A DNA stretch of 64,000 nt from a virus (IMGVR_UViG_3300032280_000753:32001-96000), one strand, 5' to 3'; shown: positions 28,852 to 39,388, counted from the stretch's first letter. The notes: a model not told the origin generated them from the letters alone. Program-made: numbers and translations.

Positions 28852-30969
28852 TTATAGATTGCTTAAATCTAAATCGTCGTTTTCTTCCTCTTTTTTATCT
28901 TTGTTTGCATTTTCAATCAAGATATCGTCGCCTACCATATCCATCTCAAATAAACGATCATCATTCAAATCATCAAGTCTAACTTCATTTTCTGTGAGAA
29001 TTTTCTTATTTCTTCTTGCACCGGTATTTGCAAAATGATCATCGAGCTTATTCATTAGATTTTTCATATCACGTGATACAACCGGTGGTGGCTTGTAATC
29101 AAGTTCAAAATCTTCGGTTTTTGTTTCTTCAGAAAGAGAGAATTGGCTTTTAAGATTGAGAGCTCCTTTGTCATTAATATCTGTAAGATACTTGTTATTA
29201 CCAGACAACATATCTTTAAAGTCTGGCATTGATAGATTTCCTTTTCCAGCCATTCCTACACGTCTACGGTCATTGTGTTTAGCTGCCGAAAGAAATGGGG
29301 TTGCTTTAATTGGAAGCCCTACAGACGCCTCTGGAGAAGCCGATGGTTGTCCTGCTACAGAAACACCGCTCGTAGCTACAGCCTGCATATCATTGGTTAC
29401 ATTAACCGGATGCATATTGGTATTGGCATTACCGGCTATTGGTTCTCCAAGAGGAGCATTCTTCTTAACATTTGATCCTGGCATCACATAGTTGCTTGGG
29501 TCAAATGGATCCGTAGTTGTATTTTTCTCTGGGAGATTTTCTTTAACAGCAATTGCTTCAATCTCAACTTCACGGATTTTATCTCTACGAACGCCGGCTT
29601 CAATCCTAATAATATCGTCATCAGTAAGATCAAGGATTTTCTTTTGGATCCAGTCTTGATCAACAAGCTTGGTTTCTTTTGCTTTACCAGCAATATCAAA
29701 CTTTGTAGACATTGCTTCCAGCTTTTGCTGCATTGCAACTGTAGATGGATTGCTCAATCTTAGTTCAAAGGCAATGAGATCCTCGCCATCAAATCCTTTC
29801 GTATAAAGATGAACCATTGCCATCTTATTCAATTCGCTGAGAATAACTCTCTGCAATACTGATATGGTTCTGGAGAAGCGAACGTCCTGCTGGGCAAGAG
29901 ATGCCTTGGCAGAAAGGTTTTCATCAAAGTTCAAATATGGCTTTGGAACTTGAATAGCTGCAAAGAGTTTCTGTTGAAGATATTTTACGTCATCAACTGC
30001 TGTAGCGTTTTGACCACCAGCAAGAGTTTCGATTTTTGTTCCAGTTTGACCACCACGGACAGGAATGAAATAATCTTCATCAATGCTTAATGGATTGAAA
30101 CGTTGATCCATTCTACCATCTTGACGATTAACAACATCTTTAGAACGCATGGTTTGCTTAACAGCTTCCATGAAGCTTGGAACGTCATTAGGAGCTACGT
30201 TACCAACGTCAATATAGAATACACGACGTTCTGGGGAACGAACAACACGATAGACTAACATACTGTCTTCCATCATAACAAGTTGTCGCCAAACCCTTCT
30301 GGCAGGCTCCAAGATAGAAGTTCCATAGGGTAAGAATAGATCGTTACCCAAAATTCTCATATGGGTTATTTGCCAGTTCTCTAAATAACGATTACCTCTC
30401 GTTATCCATTTATAACGAACCGCATATGGATCACGCTGATCAAATCCTTCTTCTCTTTCAAGTTCATTTACAGGGATTGGCTGGACGTTAACGATACCAA
30501 TATCTGGGATTACTTCGTTATAAAGAAAGAAATCTCCATATTTGACCAAGTTACGGATCCAGGGACGGAGATTAAAGTCTATATTAAGAATATCATAGAA
30601 TAGCTCTTCAAGTGCTTTCTTGACTTCTGGGTTCTTAGAATATAAATGGAAAGCTTTTCCCTTTTCATCACCGGCCGCAGTTTCATCGGCAAAGATATTT
30701 AATGCTGCGGCGATCTCTGGCTGATATTCCATTTCAGCAAATTCAGAGTAGCGAGCCATGCGGTCAAGTATACCGTAGGCTCCGAGAACAGAGAATGGAG
30801 AGCTTTCACGACCAAACGGAAATGGACCACGATAACCTAAGTTACCACGGACTAATTGATTGTCATAATAGCTTTTATAGTCATATCCTTTGACACGACG
30901 TTGGATTGCGGGTCCAGACCTGAATAATTTGGTTAGTCTGGTGAAAAATGGATCATTTCGATTGGCCAA
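28852..30969 (-). CDS. Portal protein (T4 gp20-like)
   Basis: MEDSMLVYRVVRSPERRVFYIDVGN; EDYFIPVRGG; IETLAGG; TTG start with GAGG SD. Confidence 0.97.
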   Translation of the reverse strand: MANRNDPFFTRLTKLFRSGPAIQRRVKGYDYKSYYDNQLVRGNLGYRGPFPFGRESSPFSVLGAYGILDRMARYSEFAEMEYQPEIAAALNIFADETAAGDEKGKAFHLYSKNPEVKKALEELFYDILNIDFNLRPWIRNLVKYGDFFLYNEVIPDIGIVNVQPIPVNELEREEGFDQRDPYAVRYKWITRGNRYLENWQITHMRILGNDLFLPYGTSILEPARRVWRQLVMMEDSMLVYRVVRSPERRVFYIDVGNVAPNDVPSFMEAVKQTMRSKDVVNRQDGRMDQRFNPLSIDEDYFIPVRGGQTGTKIETLAGGQNATAVDDVKYLQQKLFAAIQVPKPYLNFDENLSAKASLAQQDVRFSRTISVLQRVILSELNKMAMVHLYTKGFDGEDLIAFELRLSNPSTVAMQQKLEAMSTKFDIAGKAKETKLVDQDWIQKKILDLTDDDIIRIEAGVRRDKIREVEIEAIAVKENLPEKNTTTDPFDPSNYVMPGSNVKKNAPLGEPIAGNANTNMHPVNVTNDMQAVATSGVSVAGQPSASPEASVGLPIKATPFLSAAKHNDRRRVGMAGKGNLSMPDFKDMLSGNNKYLTDINDKGALNLKSQFSLSEETKTEDFELDYKPPPVVSRDMKNLMNKLDDHFANTGARRNKKILTENEVRLDDLNDDRLFEMDMVGDDILIENANKDKKEEENDDLDLSNL

Positions 30970-31002
30970 TGTAATTTACCTCTTCGTGATTGTAATTATT
31001 GA

Positions 31003-31323
31003 GTGAAAACGTATGGAGTGTCCAAAGTGAATAAAAAGTCAAATTTAGAAAAGTTACTTCTTGAGCTTTTAAATACTGATGAACAGTTGAAAACCCCAGA
31101 TGCTGGAAAAGACATACAGACAACAGAAGAAGAGTCTAAAGGTCCAAGCATAGTATTACAACCTCCTAAAGAAGAAACAGAACACCAAATGTCGGATGAA
31201 GAGATGGCATCCTATTTAGAAGGAGGAAATATTGACACTTCTTCACAAGGAGTTGCAACTGGATTAGAAGAAGTGAATATAGGACTTAATGAAATCGAAA
31301 ACACATATTCGATAAAGATGTGA
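31003..31323 (+). CDS. Acidic hypothetical protein
   Basis: KSNLEKLLLELL leader-like motif; divergent from portal and sharing a palindromic TAATTA. Confidence 0.6.
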   Translation: MKTYGVSKVNKKSNLEKLLLELLNTDEQLKTPDAGKDIQTTEEESKGPSIVLQPPKEETEHQMSDEEMASYLEGGNIDTSSQGVATGLEEVNIGLNEIENTYSIKM

Positions 31324-31326
31324 TAT

Positions 31327-32619
31327 ATGGCAAACACAATAGATATTCCAAAAGACGCTGATTTAGGTTATGTTTGTGAAGTAGCATTGCAAGCTGCTAT
31401 AGCTAAAAATTATAACTTAGCTCCAACACGTATAAGAACAAATCAAGATAAAATACAAGCAATCAGATTCTTTGATCATGATATACGTCGCAAGACTCAA
31501 ATTATATCTAAGTTGGAATCTGAATCAAATGTCTATATTGAACACGTTTGCAACTTTTATAATGAGGCTTTACGTATAACAATTGACTCCATTAATAATG
31601 GAAGTGTCAATGTATGTCAAAACGGCAAATATGTAGCTACCAAATTGATCAATATTATCGGTGATCAAGTTACAAGCACTACTGGTGGTGGAACCGCTGT
31701 TTATGATGTTGAAACCAAAACAGCAAACCTACACGTGAAATTAAATCAATCAAAGCCAGGTCAAAGATTAGTCGGTTTTCAGATATCTGGCAAAAAAGAA
31801 ATATTAGATTTGGCAAATACAACTGTTGATAATCTAAGGCAGCTTAAGGGAAGTAAATTTGGGATATCATTTATTCAGAATATGCAAACTTCTTTTGCCG
31901 GTCTTAAGTCTAAAGGTCAATTAGAAATGATGGAAGATATCAAATCACAATTGGCTGTTCCGGAAAGTGAAAAAAATGCTATCGGTGCATTCATGCTTTC
32001 AAAATGTGTAGCTTCCAGCGGTAAAATATCAAAACCAGCAGGCTTTTCTTCAAAAAAGAAAAATTATGTTGTGTATGAAGATGCCATCCAAGTAAAAAAC
32101 AAATTATATAATTTCGAAATTGACTGGGATCAATGGTGGCCAGAAATTAAAAACTCTTATAAGCGTTCTGTAAAGAAACAATTTTTACAGATAATGCCAA
32201 AAGATACCAGTTGGCATTATTTGCTACAAGATATCAAAGCAAAGGTTGTAGGAGAAGGAACCGTAATTCAAGGAAAGACAATTGGCAAAACAGTTCTGTT
32301 TTTTAATTACGTTGGAGGCTTGAACTCACTTAATTTAGAAATTAACAAATATCAAATTGAAAATTGTGGAGTTGGTGCTGCACCAGAATTAACTTTAGAA
32401 TGGCTTGGTCTAAATCCAGAAGATTCAAAACAGCCTTATGGTATAATTTATATTAAAGATTCTGGGACCAACACAAATAGAAACAATCCGCTGTTCTATA
32501 TAGAAATAAGAACAGATGGCGAAGGGCATCCACCTCAATTGAAAATTGGTCCGGGTCTTAAAGATCCAAAATTTGTAGCATCTTACATATATAAACAAAC
32601 ACTTAAGAATAAAGACTAA
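31327..32619 (+). CDS. Hypothetical protein, possibly PD-(D/E)xK nuclease-like
   Basis: 430-aa AT-rich ORF; weak E...YDV...HVK pattern only. Confidence 0.5.
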   Translation: MANTIDIPKDADLGYVCEVALQAAIAKNYNLAPTRIRTNQDKIQAIRFFDHDIRRKTQIISKLESESNVYIEHVCNFYNEALRITIDSINNGSVNVCQNGKYVATKLINIIGDQVTSTTGGGTAVYDVETKTANLHVKLNQSKPGQRLVGFQISGKKEILDLANTTVDNLRQLKGSKFGISFIQNMQTSFAGLKSKGQLEMMEDIKSQLAVPESEKNAIGAFMLSKCVASSGKISKPAGFSSKKKNYVVYEDAIQVKNKLYNFEIDWDQWWPEIKNSYKRSVKKQFLQIMPKDTSWHYLLQDIKAKVVGEGTVIQGKTIGKTVLFFNYVGGLNSLNLEINKYQIENCGVGAAPELTLEWLGLNPEDSKQPYGIIYIKDSGTNTNRNNPLFYIEIRTDGEGHPPQLKIGPGLKDPKFVASYIYKQTLKNKD

Positions 32620-32621
32620 TA

Positions 32622-33185
32622 TTAGGTCTTAAGCATATCAAATATAGCTGGACCATAGAGCTTAACTGGCTCTGGTAATCCCGCTATAAATGCTTTTACA
32701 TTGCCCTTGGCTAATGCCTTACGCATAACTGTTCCAGAGATACCACCCGTCTCGCCTCTATCAATCATTATAAGTTCAAATTGATCGTTCTCTACAAGAC
32801 GTGGCCAATATTTCATTTGCTTTTCTTGGGAATAGTTGCTTGCTGCATCTTCCGGATCTGAATAGATATAATAGCTATTATAATTGTTTGCATCTGCGTT
32901 GGCATCTATTAATAGTTCCATAATAGAACGAATTGGAGTGCGAGCATATATAACATCAACGTTACCAAGCTTTACAATTGCAGGTTCAAGGTATTGGTTC
33001 CAGACCGGTTGCATTTGTGCCCATACAAGAGGAAGTTCTCCTTCACGCTTTCTGTCTCCAATTGAAACAAAAAGTTTAACTTCATCACATTCACTTGAAG
33101 CTTTTTGAACTAAATTGTAGTGACCAGCGGTGAAAGGTTTAAAGCCACCAGCAATAAGACCAATTGTTTTGCGAACACTTTTCAT
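32622..33185 (-). CDS. HIGH-superfamily nucleotidyltransferase (cytidylyltransferase-like)
   Basis: GGFKPFTAGH and ISGTVMR motifs. Confidence 0.8.
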   Translation of the reverse strand: MKSVRKTIGLIAGGFKPFTAGHYNLVQKASSECDEVKLFVSIGDRKREGELPLVWAQMQPVWNQYLEPAIVKLGNVDVIYARTPIRSIMELLIDANADANNYNSYYIYSDPEDAASNYSQEKQMKYWPRLVENDQFELIMIDRGETGGISGTVMRKALAKGNVKAFIAGLPEPVKLYGPAIFDMLKT

Positions 33186-33236
33186 GTATAACCTTCTCTA
33201 ATTGGTAGGGTTCCACAAACTAATTATTATAATACC

Positions 33237-33602
33237 ATGAATAATATACACGATATACCGGATAACATTTGGGAAGCTATTAATTATGTTTTGCAATATG
33301 CCAATACATCAGAAGATTGGTTGGCAGTTAAAAAAGAAATATTATGGCTATTAACAAATGAACACCGTCACTATTTCTCTCGTAGACACTACTCAACTAA
33401 AAAACATTCCATAAATGATTTTGAAAAACTCGTGATCGAATACTGGTACTCGGAGACAGGCAAACGTTTAACAATAACTGATAATCTTATACACAATCCT
33501 GAGTGGGTAAGGCATAGACGTGGCTGGGGTCTTAAGAAATACAACAAAGAGAGACAGAAGAATGCACTCAAACTCAAAAGAAAAAATAAAGAAAATCCGT
33601 GA
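33237..33602 (+). CDS. Hypothetical protein
   Basis: TTGGTA-17-TATTAT-6-ATG promoter geometry. Confidence 0.6.
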   Translation: MNNIHDIPDNIWEAINYVLQYANTSEDWLAVKKEILWLLTNEHRHYFSRRHYSTKKHSINDFEKLVIEYWYSETGKRLTITDNLIHNPEWVRHRRGWGLKKYNKERQKNALKLKRKNKENP

Positions 33603-34854
33603 ACGAGCTTTGTTAAGAGAATATCTTTCTTTGTTGATGGAACAAAAAAATCTTCTCAATGAAGAAGGTGATTTCTTTCAAACAGATTTTGCCAGAATGT
33701 TTGGTTTGGATTCTGTCAAAAACATTGTTGACACTTCATTAATGGGAGTAAAAAAATTAGCGACTGTTGGAGCCGGTGAGGCAAAGATCGCAGCAAAAAG
33801 TTTGGCTTTTGCATTAATACCTGGCATAGTTCCAGATGCCGGCAGCATTGCTAAAATGGGCGATGAAGATAGAGAAGATTTGAAAGACAAATTGAGAAAT
33901 ATTGATAGTCAATATGCAGAAGTCATAAAGAAAAATGAAGAAATATTTGATAACCCAGATTTTAACATGGCTCTGTTTATAGCCAACCCCGGTATCGCAC
34001 TTGGAAAATGGGCATCAAATCACGTGCCTGGAGAAGCGAAAGAAATTGTAGAATCAATTATAGGTTCTGAAGAAGATTTACAAAAATTAGATCGTGAAAC
34101 ATCTGAACTTGTAAGAAAATTTACCGGCACCAGCGAAGAAGATTTAAGAAAACAAGAAGAATTATACAGACAAAATAAACAATTAGCACAGGGCGCACGT
34201 GCTGCCGCAGCGGAAACACAAGTTAGTGATACCAGTCGTGCTTACGTAGAGGAGATAGGAAGTTTACGTAAAGACTTGGGTATACAGCTATTCGGATCGG
34301 AACGAGAAGCCCGTAAGGCAGGATTCTTAAAAGAAGCAAATCAACCAGTTCAGCAACCAGTTCAGCAACCAGTTCAGCAACCAGTTCAGCAACCAGCAGT
34401 TAAAACATTAACACCTGCTCAAAGACAAGAGTTTATGAAGAGTTGGAATGCATTGAAACAAAGATGGGTAGCGGCTCTTCAATCGACAAAAATACAAACC
34501 AAATTGTTGCAATCTCCCATGGTTCAAAAGGGACAACAAATATTAATTGATGAAATAATGAATAAAGCTCGTGGAACTTTGAATAATATTAACTTTGAAA
34601 ATATAAAGCAAAAATATAAAGCTAATATAGAACAATATTTTAAATCTAAAAAGATCAATCCGGAAGAGCAACAGAAACAGTTAGAAAATCCGGAGATACA
34701 AAAAGAGTTGGTAGCTACAATAAGGGCAGCACTTAAGCCAGCATATGTCGAACAACTAAATGCATTAAAAAAACAAAATCCTGCATTATCTGGAAAAGTT
34801 GATATAGCAATTAAAGAGCTTGAACAAATCGCACCAGGAAATATCAAACAGTAA
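33562..34854 (+). CDS. Helical hypothetical protein with leader and QPVQ linker; candidate head-internal polyprotein
   Basis: LLREYLSLLMEQKNLLNE near the N-terminus; FLKE followed by (QPVQ)4. Start uncertain (33520 or 33562). Confidence 0.7.
   Translation: MHSNSKEKIKKIRERALLREYLSLLMEQKNLLNEEGDFFQTDFARMFGLDSVKNIVDTSLMGVKKLATVGAGEAKIAAKSLAFALIPGIVPDAGSIAKMGDEDREDLKDKLRNIDSQYAEVIKKNEEIFDNPDFNMALFIANPGIALGKWASNHVPGEAKEIVESIIGSEEDLQKLDRETSELVRKFTGTSEEDLRKQEELYRQNKQLAQGARAAAAETQVSDTSRAYVEEIGSLRKDLGIQLFGSEREARKAGFLKEANQPVQQPVQQPVQQPVQQPAVKTLTPAQRQEFMKSWNALKQRWVAALQSTKIQTKLLQSPMVQKGQQILIDEIMNKARGTLNNINFENIKQKYKANIEQYFKSKKINPEEQQKQLENPEIQKELVATIRAALKPAYVEQLNALKKQNPALSGKVDIAIKELEQIAPGNIKQ
34342..34396 (+). 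repeat. 12-bp tandem repeat CAACCAGTTCAG, about 4.5 copies (QPVQ)
   Basis: Read directly from the sequence. Confidence 0.95.
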
Positions 34855-34921
34855 TTTCATATAGATTTCATCCATTTAAAAAACTTGCTATTATCCTCTT
34901 TCAAAAAAGGAGTGATATATA

Positions 34922-35191
34922 ATGGCATTAGATGGAGCAGAACGTCAACCCGATGAATTAGGTGCGCTTACCGCATTGGTAAGTGAATTCGTGGATAGAC
35001 TTAAATCAATTGAAGCTGAAATAGATACTCTCAAGCAAGATCAAAAAGAACTTGTAGAAGAGTATAGTGACCGCCTTGATGTTAAAACTCTTCAGGCGGC
35101 TATGAGAACTGTCAAGATTAAAAAGAAGGTCGGGTATAAAGATACCTTTGACACCTTCGTTGATATCTTGGAAGAGAAAGAAAATCTATGA
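34922..35191 (+). CDS. GapR/DUF2312-like or T4 DsbA-like DNA-binding protein
   Basis: EFVDRLKSIEAEIDTLKQDQKEL...LDVKTL; AAGGAG SD; TTTCAT-17-TATTAT promoter. Confidence 0.7.
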   Translation: MALDGAERQPDELGALTALVSEFVDRLKSIEAEIDTLKQDQKELVEEYSDRLDVKTLQAAMRTVKIKKKVGYKDTFDTFVDILEEKENL

Positions 35192-35646
35192 ACACCACAA
35201 AAGCAGTAAGTAAGCAACCTCAATTACCAGTTATTCTTTATGAAGAACCTTCTGGTAAAAATGACAAAGGCATTTCAATGCCATACATTGAAGTCCAAAA
35301 AGAAGGTCAGATGCCTCCAATGTTATTCATCTTTGAATATAAACATACCGGAGAGACAGAACCAGATGACCGTGGTAGAGAAGTCGCTATCGTTGATCAA
35401 ATCCCACACAAGTATGTGGATATGGAATATCTTAAAGATAGACTTTCACCAGAACTAAATGATCAAATTCGTGTTGCACTTGGTATGAAACCATTACAAG
35501 TTGCAAAAGAAGAAGGTCAAAAAATAATGGATAAAGTAATGTTCCAGGTTTCACTTATTAAAGATGATGCTGAAAAAGAGAAACTTGAAAAAAGAGATTT
35601 AGTAGAAAAAGAATTAGAAAAGAAAACAAAGGAGATAATGCAATGA
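35188..35646 (+). CDS. Hypothetical protein
   Basis: ATGA-coupled ORF. Confidence 0.7.
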   Translation: MNTTKAVSKQPQLPVILYEEPSGKNDKGISMPYIEVQKEGQMPPMLFIFEYKHTGETEPDDRGREVAIVDQIPHKYVDMEYLKDRLSPELNDQIRVALGMKPLQVAKEEGQKIMDKVMFQVSLIKDDAEKEKLEKRDLVEKELEKKTKEIMQ

Positions 35647-35831
35647 AACTACACCCACACGTTGTTGAGAAACTCGTTTATCTATACGAAAACTATGGCG
35701 GACATCTTAATAACTCAAAACTAAAAGCTAAGTTAGAACAACTTGATCTATCAGCTTATGAACGCAAAACCGGCGAACAAGATGTTGTTCTCGTTCTTAC
35801 GGAAGATATGATGAAAGCTCTTCGTCGGTGA
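35643..35831 (+). CDS. Small hypothetical protein
   Basis: AAGGAG SD; ATGA coupling. Confidence 0.65.
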   Translation: MKLHPHVVEKLVYLYENYGGHLNNSKLKAKLEQLDLSAYERKTGEQDVVLVLTEDMMKALRR

Positions 35832-36400
35832 GTAAATCTATGCCAATTGGAGAAAATAATTCTTTATCTATCGGACAAATAATCTACGTTCTTTCCAATA
35901 AAACGCAAAAGATTATTCCAGCGATAGTTGTTGAAGAAATGACTGTCAAAAAAATTGATGGCAACGAAACCTCTTGGAAAGTTTCGGTAGGTCCACAAGG
36001 CAAAGAAAAAATTATAGATTCTAAACGTCTGGATGGAGAACTTTACGCAAATCTTGATGAAATACAAAGAGTAATGCAAGAACGCTTAAGTGAATTCATT
36101 ACTCAAATAGTTTCCGATGCCCGATCTCGTGCTGAGACTTGGTATGGTCAAAAAACAAAATTAATTCAACAACAAGTTAATAACGATAAAATAGATCCTA
36201 ATACCTTGTTTGATGAAGATGTTCCGGAGACAAGCACAAAACCATCTGGTTTAAATAAAGCACAAGCGGCTAAAGAAGCACGTAACAAGCTATTGGCTGC
36301 AATGTCAGATGAACAGAAAAATAGTTCTGGCGAAATAGTAGATTCAGAAGAAATTCAGTTACCTGATGGACAAGTAGTAAAGGTTAATATTAGAACATGA
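35828..36400 (+). CDS. Hypothetical protein
   Basis: Coupled ORF directly upstream of groEL. Confidence 0.7.
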   Translation: MSKSMPIGENNSLSIGQIIYVLSNKTQKIIPAIVVEEMTVKKIDGNETSWKVSVGPQGKEKIIDSKRLDGELYANLDEIQRVMQERLSEFITQIVSDARSRAETWYGQKTKLIQQQVNNDKIDPNTLFDEDVPETSTKPSGLNKAQAAKEARNKLLAAMSDEQKNSSGEIVDSEEIQLPDGQVVKVNIRT

Positions 36401-38142
36401 GTAATCAAGTAGGTGCCCCCAGTCAACGGGTTGTATTTTTTCCTAAAGCCCATGAAGAGCTTTTCAAAGGCGCAACGGTTCTTGCAAATGCAGTAGCTTC
36501 TACAATGGGACCATCTGGGCATTCAGTTATCATAGATATGGAAACCGGTCCTCCACTAATAACTAAAGACGGTGTAACGGTAGCTAAATCTATTAATCTT
36601 AAAGATAAGCTTCAATCAATGGGTGCCGAGCTCCTTAAGGAAGTTGCTTCTAAGACAAATGACATTGCTGGAGATGGGACAACGACTGCAACTGTTCTTG
36701 GTCATGCTATATTTGCAGAAGGTCTTAAGATGATATCTACGGGACGTTCTGCAATTGATATCAAAAAGGGAATGGATAAATCCGCAGATATAATAGTTGA
36801 TTATCTTAAAAAAACTGCCATTCCACTTTCATCACGAGAAGATATTATTAATGTAGGGACAATATCAGCCAATGGAGATCGTTCTATTGGTGAGCTATTA
36901 GCCAAAGCTATTGAACGTGTTGGTAATGATGGTATTATAACGGTAGAACCAGCTAAAAGCGTTGAGACTACTCTTGACATTGTTGAGGGTATGCAGTTAG
37001 ACGCCGGATATGTTTCTCCATTTTTTATCACAAATTCCGAGAGAGCTACGTGTGAACTCGATAACCCATATATCTTAATAACTCCTAACAAGATATCTTC
37101 AATACAAGATATTGTTGGTTTGTTAGAGGGTGTTCTTAGAACTTCTCGTCCACTTCTTATCGTCGCAGATGATGTAGAAGGTGAAGCTCTTCATACTCTT
37201 ATTGTTAATAAGACTAAGGGTGTTGTTAAGGTATGCGCTATAAAGGCTCCAAGTTATGGAGAACACAGAGCAGATATTCTTTCAGATATTCAAGTTCTTA
37301 CTGGTGGAACTGTTTTTAACGCCACCACCGATCTTACTCTTAAGAAAGCATCTCTTAGTCATATGGGTTCTGCTAAAAAGGTTATTATCGGGCGGTCCTC
37401 TACTACAATCATTAGTGACCTTGATGTAGATCGTAAGAACGCTTTAGAAGACCGTATACGGTCGCTTAGAACCTCTCTAACAGAAGATAAGACGCTTGAT
37501 GCCCTTCACGTAGACAAATACCGTAAAAGGCTTGCAAGGCTCTCTGGCGGGGTAGCTGTTATTAAGGTTGGTGGCTCTACAGAAGTAGAGATTTTGGAAA
37601 AGAAAGATAGAGTAGAGGATGCTGTAAACGCAACCTTAGCTGCTACACAAGAAGGCATTGTTCCTGGTGGTGGCACGGCTCTTTTCTATGCCGCTAATCA
37701 TCTTAGAGAACATATTAAGTTAAAACAAGCAAATGCATCAGGCGATTATACGCAAGATGAATTAGCCGGTATGGAAATTATCGCTAACGTCTGTGAATAT
37801 CCTTTAAACACAATCGTAAGTAATACTGGTGCTTCGCCAGATGTTATTAAAGAAAGACTTAAAGCCGCCACTACCGGACATAAGGTTTTTTATATAGACA
37901 CAGAAAATGCTGATGTTGAAGACCTTGTATCTGCGGTTAGACATTTTAAGAATAAATCTGAGACAAAGAAAAATGATAGAAGATATGGATATAATGCTGC
38001 CAAGGGCACATATGGCGATTTGGTTTCAGAAGGCATTATAGATCCAGTAAAAGTTACAAGATTTGCGCTACAACACGCAGTTAGCGTCATCGGTTTGACG
38101 TTATCTTGCAATTCCGTAATAGTAAACGAAGAGGAGAATTGA
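36397..38142 (+). CDS. groEL: Group I chaperonin
   Basis: ITKDGVTVAK, AGDGTTTATVL, EGIVPGGG, GIIDPVKV. Confidence 0.97.
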   Translation: MSNQVGAPSQRVVFFPKAHEELFKGATVLANAVASTMGPSGHSVIIDMETGPPLITKDGVTVAKSINLKDKLQSMGAELLKEVASKTNDIAGDGTTTATVLGHAIFAEGLKMISTGRSAIDIKKGMDKSADIIVDYLKKTAIPLSSREDIINVGTISANGDRSIGELLAKAIERVGNDGIITVEPAKSVETTLDIVEGMQLDAGYVSPFFITNSERATCELDNPYILITPNKISSIQDIVGLLEGVLRTSRPLLIVADDVEGEALHTLIVNKTKGVVKVCAIKAPSYGEHRADILSDIQVLTGGTVFNATTDLTLKKASLSHMGSAKKVIIGRSSTTIISDLDVDRKNALEDRIRSLRTSLTEDKTLDALHVDKYRKRLARLSGGVAVIKVGGSTEVEILEKKDRVEDAVNATLAATQEGIVPGGGTALFYAANHLREHIKLKQANASGDYTQDELAGMEIIANVCEYPLNTIVSNTGASPDVIKERLKAATTGHKVFYIDTENADVEDLVSAVRHFKNKSETKKNDRRYGYNAAKGTYGDLVSEGIIDPVKVTRFALQHAVSVIGLTLSCNSVIVNEEEN

Positions 38143-38143
38143 T

Positions 38144-38503
38144 ATGAAAGGTGATAGAGTTACAATTAGTTCAGCAGTATTACATACGCAGGCAGATGAA
38201 GTTCTTCCTGTATATAGTCCATCCAAGCTTGGCAATGGTCAGCTTAAAGAAAGCTATGATGGTTCGTATGAGTTTGCAAAAATGGGTGGAGTTAAAGCGG
38301 GTTCTACTGGAACAATCCAGGGACCACCACTTAAAATTCATCGCACCCAATTGATGCATCTACAAAATACGCCAGCTACAGCAGCCCTTGGAGGAACAAA
38401 CGATTTCGTCAGTATGTTCCCCATATTCCTCGATCATTATCAGCAGATAGGATGGTTTCCATCCGATCATATCCGAATTGTATCGGGCGACGTATTACGT
38501 TGA
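38144..38503 (+). CDS. Hypothetical protein (not recognisably GroES)
   Basis: GAGGAG SD; 119 aa. Confidence 0.65.
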   Translation: MKGDRVTISSAVLHTQADEVLPVYSPSKLGNGQLKESYDGSYEFAKMGGVKAGSTGTIQGPPLKIHRTQLMHLQNTPATAALGGTNDFVSMFPIFLDHYQQIGWFPSDHIRIVSGDVLR

Positions 38504-39001
38504 TCAGGAACCAGTTACTCTTTGCTTAAGAAGATACAAAGCACCTTCATGAGTATCTAAGATTGTGCCAAGTAGCTGTTCAACGCCTCGAGTAAGTAAT
38601 CCCTGGCTCTTAAGTCGATCCATAAGTTTCTCACCGGCTGTTATAAAAGATTTCTCCGCAAGGAGGGATCTTTTTGCCAATTTAAGGGCTGGTGCATCCA
38701 TAAGGTCAGCGTCCTCTAATGCTTCAATATAACGACGAACGTTCTCAATTGAATGCTTTGACATTACAAGATCAATCGAACCTAATCCTACTGCCTTCTC
38801 ACCAACGCCATCAATCTGTCCATCAGCTAACTCATACAATCTCTGATAAAGAAGGTGGTCCCCGTAATACTGAGAACCTTGGACTTGCCAATGGTGGGTA
38901 TGATGAAGTAAAGAAAGCGCACGTAATAGATCAAGGAATATTCCAAGTTCAGCATACTTTGCATCGCCATACGTAATAAATAAATCTTCTATTTTAAGCA
39001 T
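38504..39001 (-). CDS. Dps/ferritin-like protein
   Basis: HHWQVQGSQYYGDHLLYQRLYE...D...E ferroxidase pattern. Confidence 0.8.
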   Translation of the reverse strand: MLKIEDLFITYGDAKYAELGIFLDLLRALSLLHHTHHWQVQGSQYYGDHLLYQRLYELADGQIDGVGEKAVGLGSIDLVMSKHSIENVRRYIEALEDADLMDAPALKLAKRSLLAEKSFITAGEKLMDRLKSQGLLTRGVEQLLGTILDTHEGALYLLKQRVTGS

Positions 39002-39022
39002 TATGAAATCCTTTGGGGTTAA

Positions 39023-39388
39023 TTATTGTGCTATTAGCTTCTTAAGAACATTTTCTACGGATTTACATATATCATATGCTTCCTGTATATGTTTTCTAAT
39101 GGCTCGATTTTTAATGTGACCTTTATTACTAATAGTAGCGGTGTATAGGTCTTGTGTCCAATTTTCATATAACGTAACAATGTTAACAATGTTCATTGGA
39201 ACCTTTTGGTTCTTACTGAACTGTTGTATTACGTTTGGAATTATTTGAATGACATTATCTTCTGGATCGCTTGGATCTTTAGCTTCCGAATTTATAATCT
39301 CATTTATATCTTTGAGCATTGCCGCTATATCCTGCACTTTTTTCAGCAGGATCATAATTTCTTTTTTTGTTAGCGTGTCAAAACTCAT
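39023..39388 (-). CDS. Hypothetical protein
   Basis: Likely start MSFDTL, 8 nt after TACTTA. Confidence 0.6.
   Translation of the reverse strand: MSFDTLTKKEIMILLKKVQDIAAMLKDINEIINSEAKDPSDPEDNVIQIIPNVIQQFSKNQKVPMNIVNIVTLYENWTQDLYTATISNKGHIKNRAIRKHIQEAYDICKSVENVLKKLIAQ

Noticed and set aside
34342-34396. CRISPR array
   Set aside because: In-frame 12-bp coding tandem repeat with no spacers; no repeat-spacer array or cas gene seen in the window.
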